Origin: Penicillus capitatus
Lineage: Eukaryota; Plantae; Chlorophyta
Assembly: GCA_965649825.1 (NCBI GenBank)
Contig: OZ287707.1
Location: 364,292-428,291 of the forward strand
DNA: 64,000 nucleotides
Reading direction: 5' to 3'
Below are positions 38,277 through 50,501 of this stretch, one piece after another; the first letter of the stretch is position 1; each line of letters opens with the position of its first letter. Made by a program: the position numbers and the translations under genes. The notes beneath the pieces are model-generated. The model saw only the letters and a list, made by a program, of their open reading frames with translations. It made no database searches and was not told where the DNA came from.

Positions 38277-40394
38277 ATGTTGCAGCGCTTTCACGTTCCG
38301 CGCGGATTCTCCGTCCTCTTCTGGATCTTTCTGTTCGTTATTGGTGTCGTAACCGGACTCATTGCATTTGCCACAGGGTTTTCCGTGTCGTTATGTCTCT
38401 ACACGTTGACCAAAGAAGTCGTCTCCATCTTCGTGTCCGACGACAACCTCCAGATCGGCAGGTTGTTTCTCTTCATTGTCCTCAACCTTATCGCTGCTTT
38501 GCTATCCGCAACCCTCGTCCTCTATGTCTCCCCTCTTGCTGCCGGCTCTGGTATACCTAACATGTATGCCTATCTCAATGGTGTTGAGATGCCGGAGTTC
38601 TTGAACATACGCGTGGCGTTGGCCAAAGTCCCCGGGAGTATTCTGGCCGTCGCCGGCGGATTATGCATCGGCAAAGAAGGGCCAATGCTCCATGTTGGAT
38701 CTATCGTGGCTACGTGGTTAGGCAACACAAAGCTGTTTAAGAGTCTCCGAGGTTCCCGAGAACAGGATCCTCTGACAAACGAACGCTATGCACTGGAACT
38801 CGTGGCCTGTGGCGTGGCGGCAGGTTTGGCTGCGGGGTTTTCGGCTCCAGTCGGAGGACTGCTCTTTGCTTTGGAGATGTCAACACGATGGCGTAGTGAA
38901 TTGACAGCACGGACACTCTTTGCCTGCGCCGTTGTCGCACTCGTCACTCAGGCGTGCAAAGATGTGGAAGGCAAATCCACGATGTTTAAGTATGGGTCTT
39001 TGCTTTTCTTTCGAGATGAACTCGATTTTCCGGAGCCTTATGCTCAAATCCCTCTCATGGCCATTCTGGGTGTGTTGGGTGGTTTTGTGGGGTGCATGTA
39101 CGTCACCATGAACATAAGGTTGGGGATGAAACGACGCAGCTATTTGCGCAATCCCAAACTGCGCTATCTGGAACTGGCTGCGATCGGATTGCTGACGACA
39201 GGACTTCGCCTTGTCCTACCTCTTTTGGGAGACTGTCGAAAATGCATGGATTGTGATGACGTGTCAGGTGACGATGACGATTGTCACTGTGCACCTGGAG
39301 CACCAGACCTACAGGATTTTTCACTGTATGGCTGTGACAAAACAACAGAATTCAACGATCTGGGAGTGTTTATGTTTAATCCGCAAGGTTATGTGGTAAA
39401 GGCACTGTTCGCTACGCCCTCTTCTGCCTTTAGTGGCTTCAGTCTATTTTGGCTTTTTCTTTTTAATTATTCTCTTTCGATTCTGACATACGGTGCGGCC
39501 ATTCCAGCAGGACTCTTTACTCCATCGCTTATTACGGGAGGTGCATTGGGTCAGTTGTTTGCATTTGTGGTGAACAGAATCTTCGATGTCTGCAACCTTA
39601 GTTGGAGACTACACGGAGGATTCTACGCCCTCTTGGGTGCGGCTTCTGTACTTGGTGGCCTCTTCAGATTTTCTGTGAGCTTCAGCGTCATCTTGGCAGA
39701 ACTGACGGGTGCCGAAGATCAACTGCCGTTTCTGATGCTGGTTCTGATCATTGCCAAGGGTGTCGGCGATCGGTTCAATCAGAGTATGCTGAACCATCTC
39801 TGCATTCTTCTGCGCCTGCCCTACATTGGTGGTCATCCAGAATCGACCATTCGACGACAGCAACTGACGGCTGAGAATGTGATGGATGATGAATATCCAA
39901 AAGTCTGCCAAGAAGAAGATGTGTCCGAGCTGAAGCGCTTTCTGCAAGATACCCGTTACTCTGCATTTCCAGTTCTGGAGATGCCCAAAGACGGTGACGA
40001 ATCGACAGCCAATTACGTTGGAATGATTACGGCCGACGGCATCGCTAACGCCATTCGTGATGATGAGGCACAGAACCACGGCTCTGGCTCAGCGAGCAGA
40101 CGGATCTCTTTGACAAACTATATCTGTCGTCCTCTCGTTATTTCGCCTGACATGAGCCTCATCAGCGTACATAGACTGTTTACGACGACTGGATTGCAGT
40201 ACTTGCCCGTCATGGAATCGTACGGTCCATTGAGCGGTGTGATTACACGTCGTCAGTTACTGAAGCAGCAGAATAAGAACCTTCATCGGGATATTCAGCC
40301 TTTTCGATTGTCTTTCCGCAACACCAGGACCATGGAACGCGACCGCACGACCGAGGAAACAACAACATTATTAGTGAAAGATGCGTCATCTTAG
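38277..40394 (+). CDS. CLC: CLC chloride channel/antiporter with CBS domains, single exon, 705 aa
   Basis: Signature motifs GSGIP, GKEGP, GGLLFALE, PAGLFTP; two CBS domains at the C-terminus. Confidence 0.95.
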   Translation: MLQRFHVPRGFSVLFWIFLFVIGVVTGLIAFATGFSVSLCLYTLTKEVVSIFVSDDNLQIGRLFLFIVLNLIAALLSATLVLYVSPLAAGSGIPNMYAYLNGVEMPEFLNIRVALAKVPGSILAVAGGLCIGKEGPMLHVGSIVATWLGNTKLFKSLRGSREQDPLTNERYALELVACGVAAGLAAGFSAPVGGLLFALEMSTRWRSELTARTLFACAVVALVTQACKDVEGKSTMFKYGSLLFFRDELDFPEPYAQIPLMAILGVLGGFVGCMYVTMNIRLGMKRRSYLRNPKLRYLELAAIGLLTTGLRLVLPLLGDCRKCMDCDDVSGDDDDCHCAPGAPDLQDFSLYGCDKTTEFNDLGVFMFNPQGYVVKALFATPSSAFSGFSLFWLFLFNYSLSILTYGAAIPAGLFTPSLITGGALGQLFAFVVNRIFDVCNLSWRLHGGFYALLGAASVLGGLFRFSVSFSVILAELTGAEDQLPFLMLVLIIAKGVGDRFNQSMLNHLCILLRLPYIGGHPESTIRRQQLTAENVMDDEYPKVCQEEDVSELKRFLQDTRYSAFPVLEMPKDGDESTANYVGMITADGIANAIRDDEAQNHGSGSASRRISLTNYICRPLVISPDMSLISVHRLFTTTGLQYLPVMESYGPLSGVITRRQLLKQQNKNLHRDIQPFRLSFRNTRTMERDRTTEETTTLLVKDASS

Positions 40395-41536
40395 AGAGGG
40401 CGCTTGGCTGGTATGCCAGTCTTCCGTGGGTATTTTACTGGACTCGCCGTAGATTTTTCTATTACGACTGCCGTTCTTTGTCCAAGTCTTCCAAAAGAGT
40501 CCACATTGGATATTGGTTTTAGAGAACCGCCAAGCAGCTCGAGAGCCGGTTGTGCTGTGAGAACTTCATTCTAAAAACAACGACATCAAAAACATGCAAT
40601 GTGATGCGGCATGGGTTTTTTCTAGTCCTGCTCCATCGCCTACCTCGGCGTCTGGGCCCTTCGGAGCAACGAACAGGCCATATTGCTTTAAAAACGGAAG
40701 GCAGTATTCGGAAGTGATACGCAAGTTTCCAACCCCGCGAGCAACGGCCACGTCAAACCGCTACGATAGCGCACGAATCCAACCTGGACAGCAATCATCG
40801 AGAACAGAACCTCTCGATAGCGTCGATCATGTGCAATCTCTTCGCAACGACCCCTTAACACTTCGACATTATCCAATCCTACATGACGCGTCGACAGCGA
40901 TCGATGCCGATCGAGAGGTGCGATCAGAAATCTACGGCATCGTTCGATGGCTTGAGCGATGAAGATGGACTTTTTCTCGACCGCTTCGATGCAGAGCACC
41001 TTCAGTGCGACTCAATCGATCGATACCCATCCATTCCCAACAGAATGATATCACACTTTCCAGTTCGGCATAAGGATACCGAAGACGATTCCAGGGATCC
41101 CAGCCCCGCTACCCACATCGACGACATGCAGGATATCTCTGCCATCGAAGTGCGAATCGATCAATGGGATCAACGCCGCGCTATCGTTGACGATCTGCTC
41201 GACGCATTCCTCGAATTGCTTGAGCCCTACATCGCCAACCGTTGTCGCAGCGGCACGTCGTCGGGCAGCGAAACCTGTCAGGTTGAATTTCGCATTCTCT
41301 GCAAGGAGAAATCGCAAATAGGTGTCGATGCACCGACGTTGGTCGTCTAGCAGGTCGTCGTACTTCAACGCCTCGGTCTCTACACGATCTCTCCTGACGA
41401 TTCCGTACGTTTTTCTTCCGCTGTGTCGTCCATTGAAGTGCCTGCGTTTGGCTATTGAATCGAGCGTAACGCGGCGGCCGACGTAGCCGACGTGGCACTG
41501 CTCTGTTGTCTGTGAGGTATGTGCTAATGGTCGCAT
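40391..41536 (-). CDS. rsmG: 16S rRNA m7G527 methyltransferase RsmG/GidB (organellar)
   Basis: NAKFNLT, VVDVGSGAGIPG, AVEKK, VAVARGV, YCLPFLK..LFVAPKG, last exon KYPRKTGIPAKRPL*. Confidence 0.9.
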
Positions 41537-41589
41537 GATGCTTACGCGAAGATGTGGCTCAGCTTCCGTTTGTCTGACAGTGCTTTCGT

Positions 41590-41997
41590 ATGCTCGATGG
41601 TATAATCAACTTTACCCGCATGTCGGATTCAAATAACCCTCGCAACGACTACGGCTCAAACGGAGATACCTCGGACTTTACAGAAGCCGTTCTGGTTTAC
41701 ACCTGCTTTACGGCAGCTGTTATTTTACTTGTCTGCTGCATTTGCCGACTTCCTGCTTTTGTCTACTATATGAGACACCGAGGAGAGCGTTTACGAGAGT
41801 TCCGTGAAGGGAGAGCCACTCTTCAACAAGACCCCATCGAAATTAAACAAGAAATCGCCGCGGCTATTTTTCTGAACCCCACAGGAAGTGTGACGCTGGG
41901 AACCCTCGCTAAAGATAGCGACACGCAAATTCAGTTGTGTGAAAGAGGGGAAGCCATCTTGGAGAGTGGACAAGAGGGAGGAAGACCATCTGCCTAA
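41590..41997 (+). CDS. Small single-pass membrane protein, hypothetical
   Basis: 135-aa ORF with one hydrophobic stretch (AVLVYTCFTAAVILLVCCIC) followed by a basic segment. Confidence 0.6.
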   Translation: MLDGIINFTRMSDSNNPRNDYGSNGDTSDFTEAVLVYTCFTAAVILLVCCICRLPAFVYYMRHRGERLREFREGRATLQQDPIEIKQEIAAAIFLNPTGSVTLGTLAKDSDTQIQLCERGEAILESGQEGGRPSA

Positions 41998-42302
41998 TCC
42001 ACCCATCATGCACACATGACGTCTTTCGACGTCCATCACCGTTATCACCGGCATCTTGTTTTCGTAAGGACAATCAATGCCATCCATGATTATCTTAGCA
42101 GCAGCGTTTTGTTTCGATTTCGCTGCCATCGGCGGCTGAAGCCACTGTAAATTGATCGAAGTCATTAGCACGATGTAGCTTGCTGCTGATAGTAACCGAC
42201 AGTGGTTGTGAGGCACCGCGTGTTCTTTGTTAAAGTGCGTCGATTCACCGACGCCTCGCCGTGGATATACTAAGTGAATGTTATTGAGCGACGAAAAAGT
42301 CC

Positions 42303-45300
42303 ATGCGTCGCAAACCGGCGGCAAGTGAATGCCTCGGGTGTTCTGCCGCGTTATCGCGCGTGCCAACGATTTTTATCGTTTTCTTTCTCTGGGGAGCGCC
42401 TGCGGTACGAGGAACAGACTACGCATTGACGGTCACCACTGCCGAAGCACTGCACGAAGCATTTCTCAACAACAACGTGACGCTTATCTACCTTGGCCAA
42501 GACATCTCTCTCAGCAGAAACGCATGGGGCGAAGGGGCTGAAAATGCATCGGGGCACAGTATTACCGTTGAGCGCAATCTCACTCTGACGTCACATCCTT
42601 CTCTCAACGCACCGGCTGTGCTTTATCTCGACTATGTGCAACATGGTGTTTTGGCTGGAACGAATGTCTATCTGAGGATCAACGGTGTCGTCATGACCGG
42701 TGTCAGTCAGGACGCGAGGAATCTCTTCTTCGTGCCATTCTTTCAGTTTCAAAGCGGCGGTACCATCTACCTCGAGAACTCGCAGTTTCAAATGGCCATC
42801 GATCCGGAGAACCTGTGGCCACTCGATGCTTACCCAGCGAAGATGAACACCACAGCACGGCCAACGGGCTACGAACACTGGCCAGTCGAATCATACGTCA
42901 TCGACCAGAAGGATTGTGAACTGAACGCATTGCGAGAAACAAAGTGTGACGAAGGTGCTATCTGGGTTGCCTCTCTGTCAGCACGCCTCACCATCTTCGA
43001 TCAGCATGAAGATCCCATCGGAAAAGCGGCTTTCTTGGCAGAGAACGTGCTGATCGTGGCCGAGGCTGTTGGAGATGCAGAACCTGTTGAGCACAAAACC
43101 GCTGTCGTCTCGACAGCCATGCAATTCAAGAAGGCACTTCAGAATCCACTGATTACCGAGATTCAGATCGAGAAAGATATTCGACTCTCCAAGAGAGTGT
43201 TTTCTCCTTCGATTCGCACGCCCATCACTCGGAATCTGACCATTAAGTCCTCTCCTCGCCTACACCGACATGCTGTGATTGACCTTGACTACCTGCAAAG
43301 CGCCATTGTGGCCGGAGAAGATATCCACGTGACATTACAAGACCTAAATCTCACACGCGTTTCGAAAGACCCACGAAACTATGAGCTGGTGCCATTTTTC
43401 TCCCTGCTGCCAGGAGCAATGTATTTGTACAGAAATATCACCTCGGAGATGGCTCTATCTCCGGTGGAGTTTTATCCGCTGAAACAACTAGCATTCCAAT
43501 TGTATGGCGGCGATGTGCCTCCCAGCTATGGGAATATCAGCAACTCTGTCGAAGCCGTTTCGTCTAAATGGTGTGCCAGACATGGCCATATTCGCTGTCC
43601 GGATGGAGCACTGTACATCAAGCGTGGCATTCGAAGATTACGAGTTCTAGACGTGGCCAATCAAGATGTCCTTGGCGAAGGATTTGTGGATATACAGGAG
43701 AGTCTGATAAAAATCATCGACATCACAAAGAACGGTAGATATCTTTTGAGTGATGGATTGGTCACTCTTCTCAACCCTCTATTGTGCGACCTTGTAGATC
43801 TGAATACATTAACGCAGCCTTATGCAAATCCGAAAGAAACAGAGGAGAAGTCGCACGCAGGGGGAAAGAAAGCCAATCTTCAAGAAACGGATTCGGCATC
43901 CGAAGAAGAACACGAAAGAAAGAGTTTTGGATTTGTCGGCGGCTTCGATCCATGGATATTAATCTATGCCCTCATCGCCGCCGCCATGGTTTTGGGCGTC
44001 TGCCTCTTTGTCATGATCCATCGCCGAAGAAGAGACCAAAAAAGCATACAGAACAACCGACATCCTGTACGTGCCTCACATCTTCCTCTACCTGCAGATC
44101 CGGCCGTCCGTGTGATATGAACAGGTCAAAAGATCTGAGTCGTTTACAGCCGAAGACGACGGAAGGAATGCGCATCAGAAAATTGCGCAACAGCTGCTCG
44201 GCGACGTGAAGCTTGGGACACTGCTCGGATGCGGGAGCTTTGGCCGTGTCTACAAAGCCATGTGGTCGGGTGCTCAGGTTTGAAGACAGCGACCGCTGTT
44301 GGGTGGCATCCCTTGATCCCTGTTCGGATCTAGGTGGCTGTAAAGACGATACTGCATCAAGAAGATGCGGCAGAAGTTGAACAGGAGGCACAGTTCAGTA
44401 TCAGTTTACGTCATCCAAATGTCGTTCAGACGTTCCACTATGCCGTTCGTACAGCTGACATCTCTGCGCCGACGCCCAAGGGAGAAGACAAAGAATCGGC
44501 GGTGGTGAACATTGACTGCCAGGCAAGGTGTTCTCCAGCAGTTCCCATCGACAATGGCATGAATATCCCTTCGAGTTGGATGAAGACATCGAACGGGGGA
44601 GAGATGTTCAAAAACAATGTCGCCACAGGTTCAGGACAGAGCTCAGCTATCCGAACAGATAACCCCAGTCGTGACTTTACGGAAGAACGGTGGATGGAGA
44701 TGTGGTTGATTCAAGAGTACTGCAATCTAGGAAGCCTTGGCAAGCAAAATCATCTGAGGGTTAATGATCAGCCGTCTGCATGGGGTAGCAGATACCCCGG
44801 AATGCAGGCCATTATCGACACATGCAAGGATATTTCACGTGGAATGAAGTATCTTCATGACAACGGCATCGTACATGGAGATCTGAAATGCGATAACGTA
44901 CTTCTACAGAGCAGTCATGTAGAGCCTAAGGGATTCACAGCAAAAGTCGCCGACTTCGGTCCGTGATCATCGCCTTCCTTCTGTCGAAAGCCAGGCACCT
45001 GTGCATGTAGGATTGAGTCGGAAACTGGGTCCATCAACGCATCTGTCAACCAAGAGTTTTGGGACAATTACACACATGCCTCCCGAGCTTCTCCTGGAGG
45101 GTCATCTGTCGTCGAAGGTATTTTGATAGCGTTTGTTCTACGCATGGCGGCGCTGAGAGGGCTGTGCTTGGCTGTGTAGGTGGATGTCTACTCTTTTGGT
45201 GTCATCATGTGGGAGCTCGTCACGGGCAGGCAGCCATTTCGGGAGCTGAGATATGCAGAGGTCATGCGTGCCATCGTCGTTGATAATAAACGCCCGACCT

Positions 45301-45518
45301 TTGATCCGGATACGCAAGAAGAGTATGTCGTTTTGGCACAGCGCTGTTGGGATCGAGATCCTTCAAAACGGCCGTCCTTTGAGTCTGTTCTCATCGAGTT
45401 GGACAAAATGTGCGTCGATGCCGTCGAAGCCTCTTCCTTCGATAGCAGTGCTGGCTCATGGGCAGGAGAATCCGACGATGATGAATCTCCGGCAGGCAAT
45501 AAGAAATTTTCTACGTGA
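42303..45518 (+). CDS. Receptor-like TKL-group protein kinase with duplicated ectodomain
   Basis: Signal peptide; two homologous ectodomain repeats; TM WILIYALIAAAMVLGVCLFVMI; kinase motifs GCGSFGRVY, VAVKTI, HGDLKCDNVLL, DFG, THMPPE, DVYSFGVIMWE, RPSF. Confidence 0.9.
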
Positions 45519-47066
45519 ATCGGAGAACAGGGCATAACCATCTCTCCCTGTCCGAGGCGTCAGTGCTCGGCTGCAAGGAAACACATGTGCTTGGCAGGCA
45601 GCAGGCTGTTGGTTGGTTGGTATTAGTACATCGCAATGGCGCTTCTGATTTATGCTCCAGAACAAAGGATTTTACAAATAAGCATCTATATCGTCCATCC
45701 GTTTGAGAATTTCATTTCTGTGGCAGTTGTGCTGATCTGTTTGTGAACTGACCGCTCCACAATTCTTTTCAGGTCATTGACCTGCTAGCTAACGGAGACC
45801 GCACATCAATGATTGATCTGCCAATTGCCAGCCAATATTAACTCTTCAGTAGAGTGGCTACAGCTCAGACATGACCAAATAAATGATGTAAACCTTGTGG
45901 TTTCCTACCTTTTGACTCTCGTCAGCAACTACCTTTCGTGACAACTTCCCCCTCGTCATCATGCGAACTGTAGTAGTATTGGTGTGGAGGGTGAAGCATT
46001 GTGATGGTTTCACTGAGATGTACACATTTTAGGATCTGACGCCAAAAGGTATTGGCATTGGTGTCACCAACGCTGTAATGACCCTTTCTGCTTCTCTTTA
46101 GCAGCGTCACGTTGAGAACACCATCGCCTGGAAATGTCTGCTGTGACTCAAGTGGCGAGGCATACGGACGGGCATCCTTACTTATGGACCAGATGCTGTC
46201 AACTGCCTCGATTTCTTTGTTTGTACAATTCTTCGCATATAAAAGGCTCTGCTTCTCAAACGATCATCAGAAAACGCGGCTTCCATTTGACGCCGACCTA
46301 CGCTGTCCAGAATCGAAGGGACGAGGACGAAGCTCGCGGCGGATGCATTGAACAGTCTTGGTGTTCAGAGTCGGCGGCAGGCGAATGAAGAGGCCGACGT
46401 GTGACAAGTTCTGCCTCCACTTGTATGTCTCTGGCCGTCCACATCGAAGAGGATGCAGATATCGGACCATGGCTAAACCAGAATGCGTCCTTTGACGAAG
46501 CAGGCTGACGACGACCGTTACAGATGGAGATCATGGCGGCGCAGACTTCGGCAGTGCATAAGATGGTAATGTAGGTTTTGGTGGCAAACGATTGTACATA
46601 GAATTCAAGACATCTGCTGCGCTCAGTCTACTCACCGCCGCGCGAACGCGTTCGAGTCATCCGATTTCGTCGTCTTTGAGCGTCGCCCGTTTCCCATGCT
46701 TACGCATCCACTTCGAGAATCTCGGCTCGTCTCTTTCCGCGACGTCCTCAAATTCATGCCAATAACATACAACTTTATGCAACGATCTGTGCGCCTATCC
46801 ATCGCATAAATCGGACGATGGCGATGACGTGCTTCTGTGTTCACTTTCTGGCATTTGAATGAGGAGAACTAAGCGGATCGACAGCGACGGCAACGCAGGA
46901 GGCCTTCCATGGCTCTGCAATTGTCTAAAGCGTCTGTACACGCATGTGCGTCATACTACCAGCATTCAACGTCCTGCGCATTCGGTCGGTCGACGCTCTC
47001 CTTTTTAAAGCGATTCGCCATCGGATACAGAATTCCAAGCGACGCGATGTAAAGGCGTGCATGAGG

Positions 47067-48299
47067 TTAAGAGATAACGTCTTTCCACAGTTTAATCGTC
47101 GAGTCTTTCGACCCAGTCGCCACTGTCGCGACCTTCGCATGACCATGCGCACACAGCACAGGACCGTAATGACCATCTCCCTCGGCATGCCCTCCATTTC
47201 TGCCAGGAATACGCTGACAACACGTCTCCCCCGTTTCTGTACAGTTGCCATTATCGACGGACTTTTTCGACTTTCGAACACTCCAAATACATAACGCGTG
47301 ATCTTCAGATCCGCAAACAAGCCACGGACGGCCACCTTTCTGCGCAGCAATGGCCAGTGTCGGAATGAGGCAGAGAGACGCATTGGTATGACCGACATAT
47401 TCCATCATCACCTAAACACATCTGTCCTGCCGCTTCCGACGGCTCGTTCGATCTCTTACTGAATCTTCATTTCCAAGATACTTTCGAAGAGTGATGCGTC
47501 CATTGAGCGTTGCGATCAGTAAGAAGCGACCGTTGGGGGTGAACTGGACATTGGATATCGGTGCACAGTCGGTACTGACGATCGTCTTCGTCGCACGACC
47601 ATCTTGGACGTTCCAAACCCGACAGAGTCCATCGTACGATCCAGAGACGATAAACGAACCGTCCATGCTCCAGTCCACGCTCGTAATCGGATCACCATGT
47701 GCAGGAATTTCCCGAACCGACGTGCCCGAGCGCACATCCCACATGCGCATCGTCTCATCGAAGCTTCCCGATACCTATCCAAGCACATATCCCTATCATC
47801 GACACCGACGCCCTTCATCTGCTCAGGCCTCACCAACATATCCCCTCGAGTATTGCTCTTCACTGAAAAGACGTAGTTTGTGTGACCTGTCAAACGATGC
47901 AGGCATTTCTGCGATTCTGTGTCCCAGACGATGAGGGATTTGTCATCAGATGCCGTTGCAAAATGTGCCCCTCGTGCGCCCATCCAGCAGACGTCGTTCA
48001 GTCCGCCCTCGTGTTCCTGTGCAGCTTGTGCTGAAAACCGTCGTCAAGACAACGGCGGTCATTACCTTTCCCGTGAAAACGAGCTCTTTGGTTTCGTGTC
48101 TCCATATTCGCACCGTCTGATCTCCAGAAGAGCTCAGCAGCAAAGAACCGCGCGAGGGCTCGAATTTGACACTCGATACGGAAGCGTTGTGGCCTTCGAG
48201 CGTACGCAGTAGCTGGAAATGCGCTGGGTCTACATAACGGAAGCCAATTTGTCAGGCGTCGAATATCTTCAGATCACTCCTACCGTGCTGAAGACCCAT
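47067..48299 (-). CDS. WDR5: WD40-repeat protein, WDR5/SWD3-like
   Basis: TLEGHNASVSSVKF, ATASDDKSLIVWD, LTGHTNYVFSV, PAHGDPITSVDW, SGSYDGLCRVW, ISNVQFTPNGRFLL, VCGSEDH. Confidence 0.82.
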
Positions 48300-48445
48300 C
48301 GCGTCACTTCTGAGAAATGCCTGAAGAATCGTCGATGTGACGGGCTACTCTGTTTACATTGTAAGAGCACGTCGTGGTCGTGGTCGTCGGCGCTGTCGTG
48401 GTCGTTGCGGGATTCAACCTCCTTATAGTTATCGCCCAACAATGG

Positions 48446-49539
48446 TCACACAAATGCCTGGGGACTTGATGACGAGACGGCATCGTCCATCATCGGTCGT
48501 CTGTCCGATACGAGTCTTGGCGACAAAACCAAGTCCAGTAATCGCTGTCTCTCCGTTTCTGTGTGGAAAGGGAAAAACCACATCCATCTTGACTGACCAA
48601 GAACGTCGTGGAGATTTCTTTTGGGTCCTCTGTCGTAAGGCCATGGATCCACTCTCTGTTTCTCGTACATTTCAATACTGGTACAGTTTGATAGGATGAG
48701 CTTCACGTGCATTGCCAGGAAAGCGAAAAGGCTGACGGCAAATGCAGCATCCAGTACGAATGATAAACACAAAATCGTTGACCTACAGCACAATGAGAGG
48801 CAACTTCATCCCAGCTTCCCTCACACAAATCCTCACCCTTCGAGCTTTTCGTTTCTGAACTCGTTGATGAGTGAAGAGAGCAAGATGAAGACAGAGAAGA
48901 CGGATCCTATCCAGGTGTATACCAGGAACAGAATAAAGAATTTGTAGTTCAGCAGACCGACGCAGTTGACCACCCAAATGCAATAATGATCCATTTTCAG
49001 TATGCATCGTTGACTGACGCTGCAATGGTGGGCGCGTTGCGGCTTCCACACTCGGCATTTGTGGCAGTAGCGTGGCCGTTGTGGATCGGTCCGATCATAC
49101 AATGCATTGCCAAACTGCATCCATCTTTGCAATTCGACCTCTGCCATCTGACCATGGCTGCTCAAACGATTTCCACCAACAGCGGTAGGGCACTTACTGC
49201 GTCATCGACAAAGGGGTGCCAGTTTTCTGGAACGCTGCCAGCATCCGTTAGAACGGTGGCAAAGTAGGACCAAACAATCATAAACACCTACAGCCAGACA
49301 AGGTATTGACGCGACCCGTTGTGTAATCTATGTCACACAATGAGGGTATAGACTCCTGCTACGATGCCGGAGACCGAGGCTTTGAATTTGTCATCGACAG
49401 AGGACATATCTGGCCCGAGGGTGCGTACGACGACGCTGTAGTATGTTAGTCCCACGAGACCCAGCACCACAAGAACCATCAAATGCCCCAAGGCTCTGAG
49501 AAATTTGCAGAACCGAAAGACATTGAGCCAGGCAAACAT
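48446..49539 (-). CDS. DHHC-family protein S-acyltransferase (plant PAT13/14-like) with DHYC motif
   Basis: [46 protein letters not shown]; TSIE; PYDRG..NL..VLG..WMWFFP. Confidence 0.9.
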
Positions 49540-49578
49540 GCCGTTTTCGCAAGACGACGCGAATGATTGCTTCAGCCA

Positions 49579-50442
49579 ATGAGGCGTCGTACAACAAGAC
49601 TGGAGCTCGGCTCTGCCCTTGCCTTTGCCGATGCCGAGCTCGAGGCACTGTACCAAGAAACGGCACATCGCAGAAGCCTTTCCGCTACAGAAGCGGTACG
49701 GATTCTCGTGCTGTTCTCGGCGCTCTCGTTCCTGCTCCCAGTGACAAAGTTCTTTGGAATCGCCCCTCTTTTTATCGCGGGCTACATCGTCAACGTAAAA
49801 GAGTTCCGTTATGCAACCGGAGTGCGAAACGCCTTCAAGTGCATGACGCGTCTCGTCACAGCCTGGTTATGCCGTTCTGGTAGCGGTGGAGTCTCTGTGA
49901 TTGAGAATCTCTGGATATCTTCTGTGCTTCCTCTCTTCATTAATGCCCAGTTTTTTGTGCCTCTCTCTTTCAGATATGAAACTCTGGTCCAGCCCTTGGC
50001 AACACTGATCTGCAGTTCATGGATACTATCGATTGCACAGTGCGAGCAGGCTGTGCACCAAGTGCGTTTCATTTGGGAATGGATCGCGTTGTTTGGAACG
50101 GCTCCTTTGGGTGTTGCATTTCCTGTCAGTCCTGTGGACGTGGCGGCGGTTCACATGTTTCTTCATCTCATGTGTGGCAGCGTCCTCTCTTGTTTTGTGA
50201 CCTACGTTCACGAAACGTGTAACCGTGCAAAATTTTGGAACGACCAACGACCGCATGCGTTGCCGATGCCAGTCGTAGAGGCAACACAATCTGCTGCTCT
50301 TCAATGTGTGCATTTATGGCTTGGGATTTTTCTAGTTCTATGTTGGACGCTGCCCTGCCTTTCGTCTCTATTGACCATTGTCATTCCTTCTTCTCTTCAA
50401 GTCTCAAGCTCTGTGTGTATTTCTAACAGTATACCCCAGTAA
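49579..50442 (+). CDS. Multi-pass membrane protein, hypothetical, single exon
   Basis: ~287-aa ORF with several hydrophobic helices; N-terminal LAFADAELEALY. Confidence 0.65.
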   Translation: MRRRTTRLELGSALAFADAELEALYQETAHRRSLSATEAVRILVLFSALSFLLPVTKFFGIAPLFIAGYIVNVKEFRYATGVRNAFKCMTRLVTAWLCRSGSGGVSVIENLWISSVLPLFINAQFFVPLSFRYETLVQPLATLICSSWILSIAQCEQAVHQVRFIWEWIALFGTAPLGVAFPVSPVDVAAVHMFLHLMCGSVLSCFVTYVHETCNRAKFWNDQRPHALPMPVVEATQSAALQCVHLWLGIFLVLCWTLPCLSSLLTIVIPSSLQVSSSVCISNSIPQ

Positions 50443-50501
50443 GCATGATGGGTTGGTCATTTGGGTGAGATGTTTGTGTGATGTGTATGACTTACAAGAC
50501 T

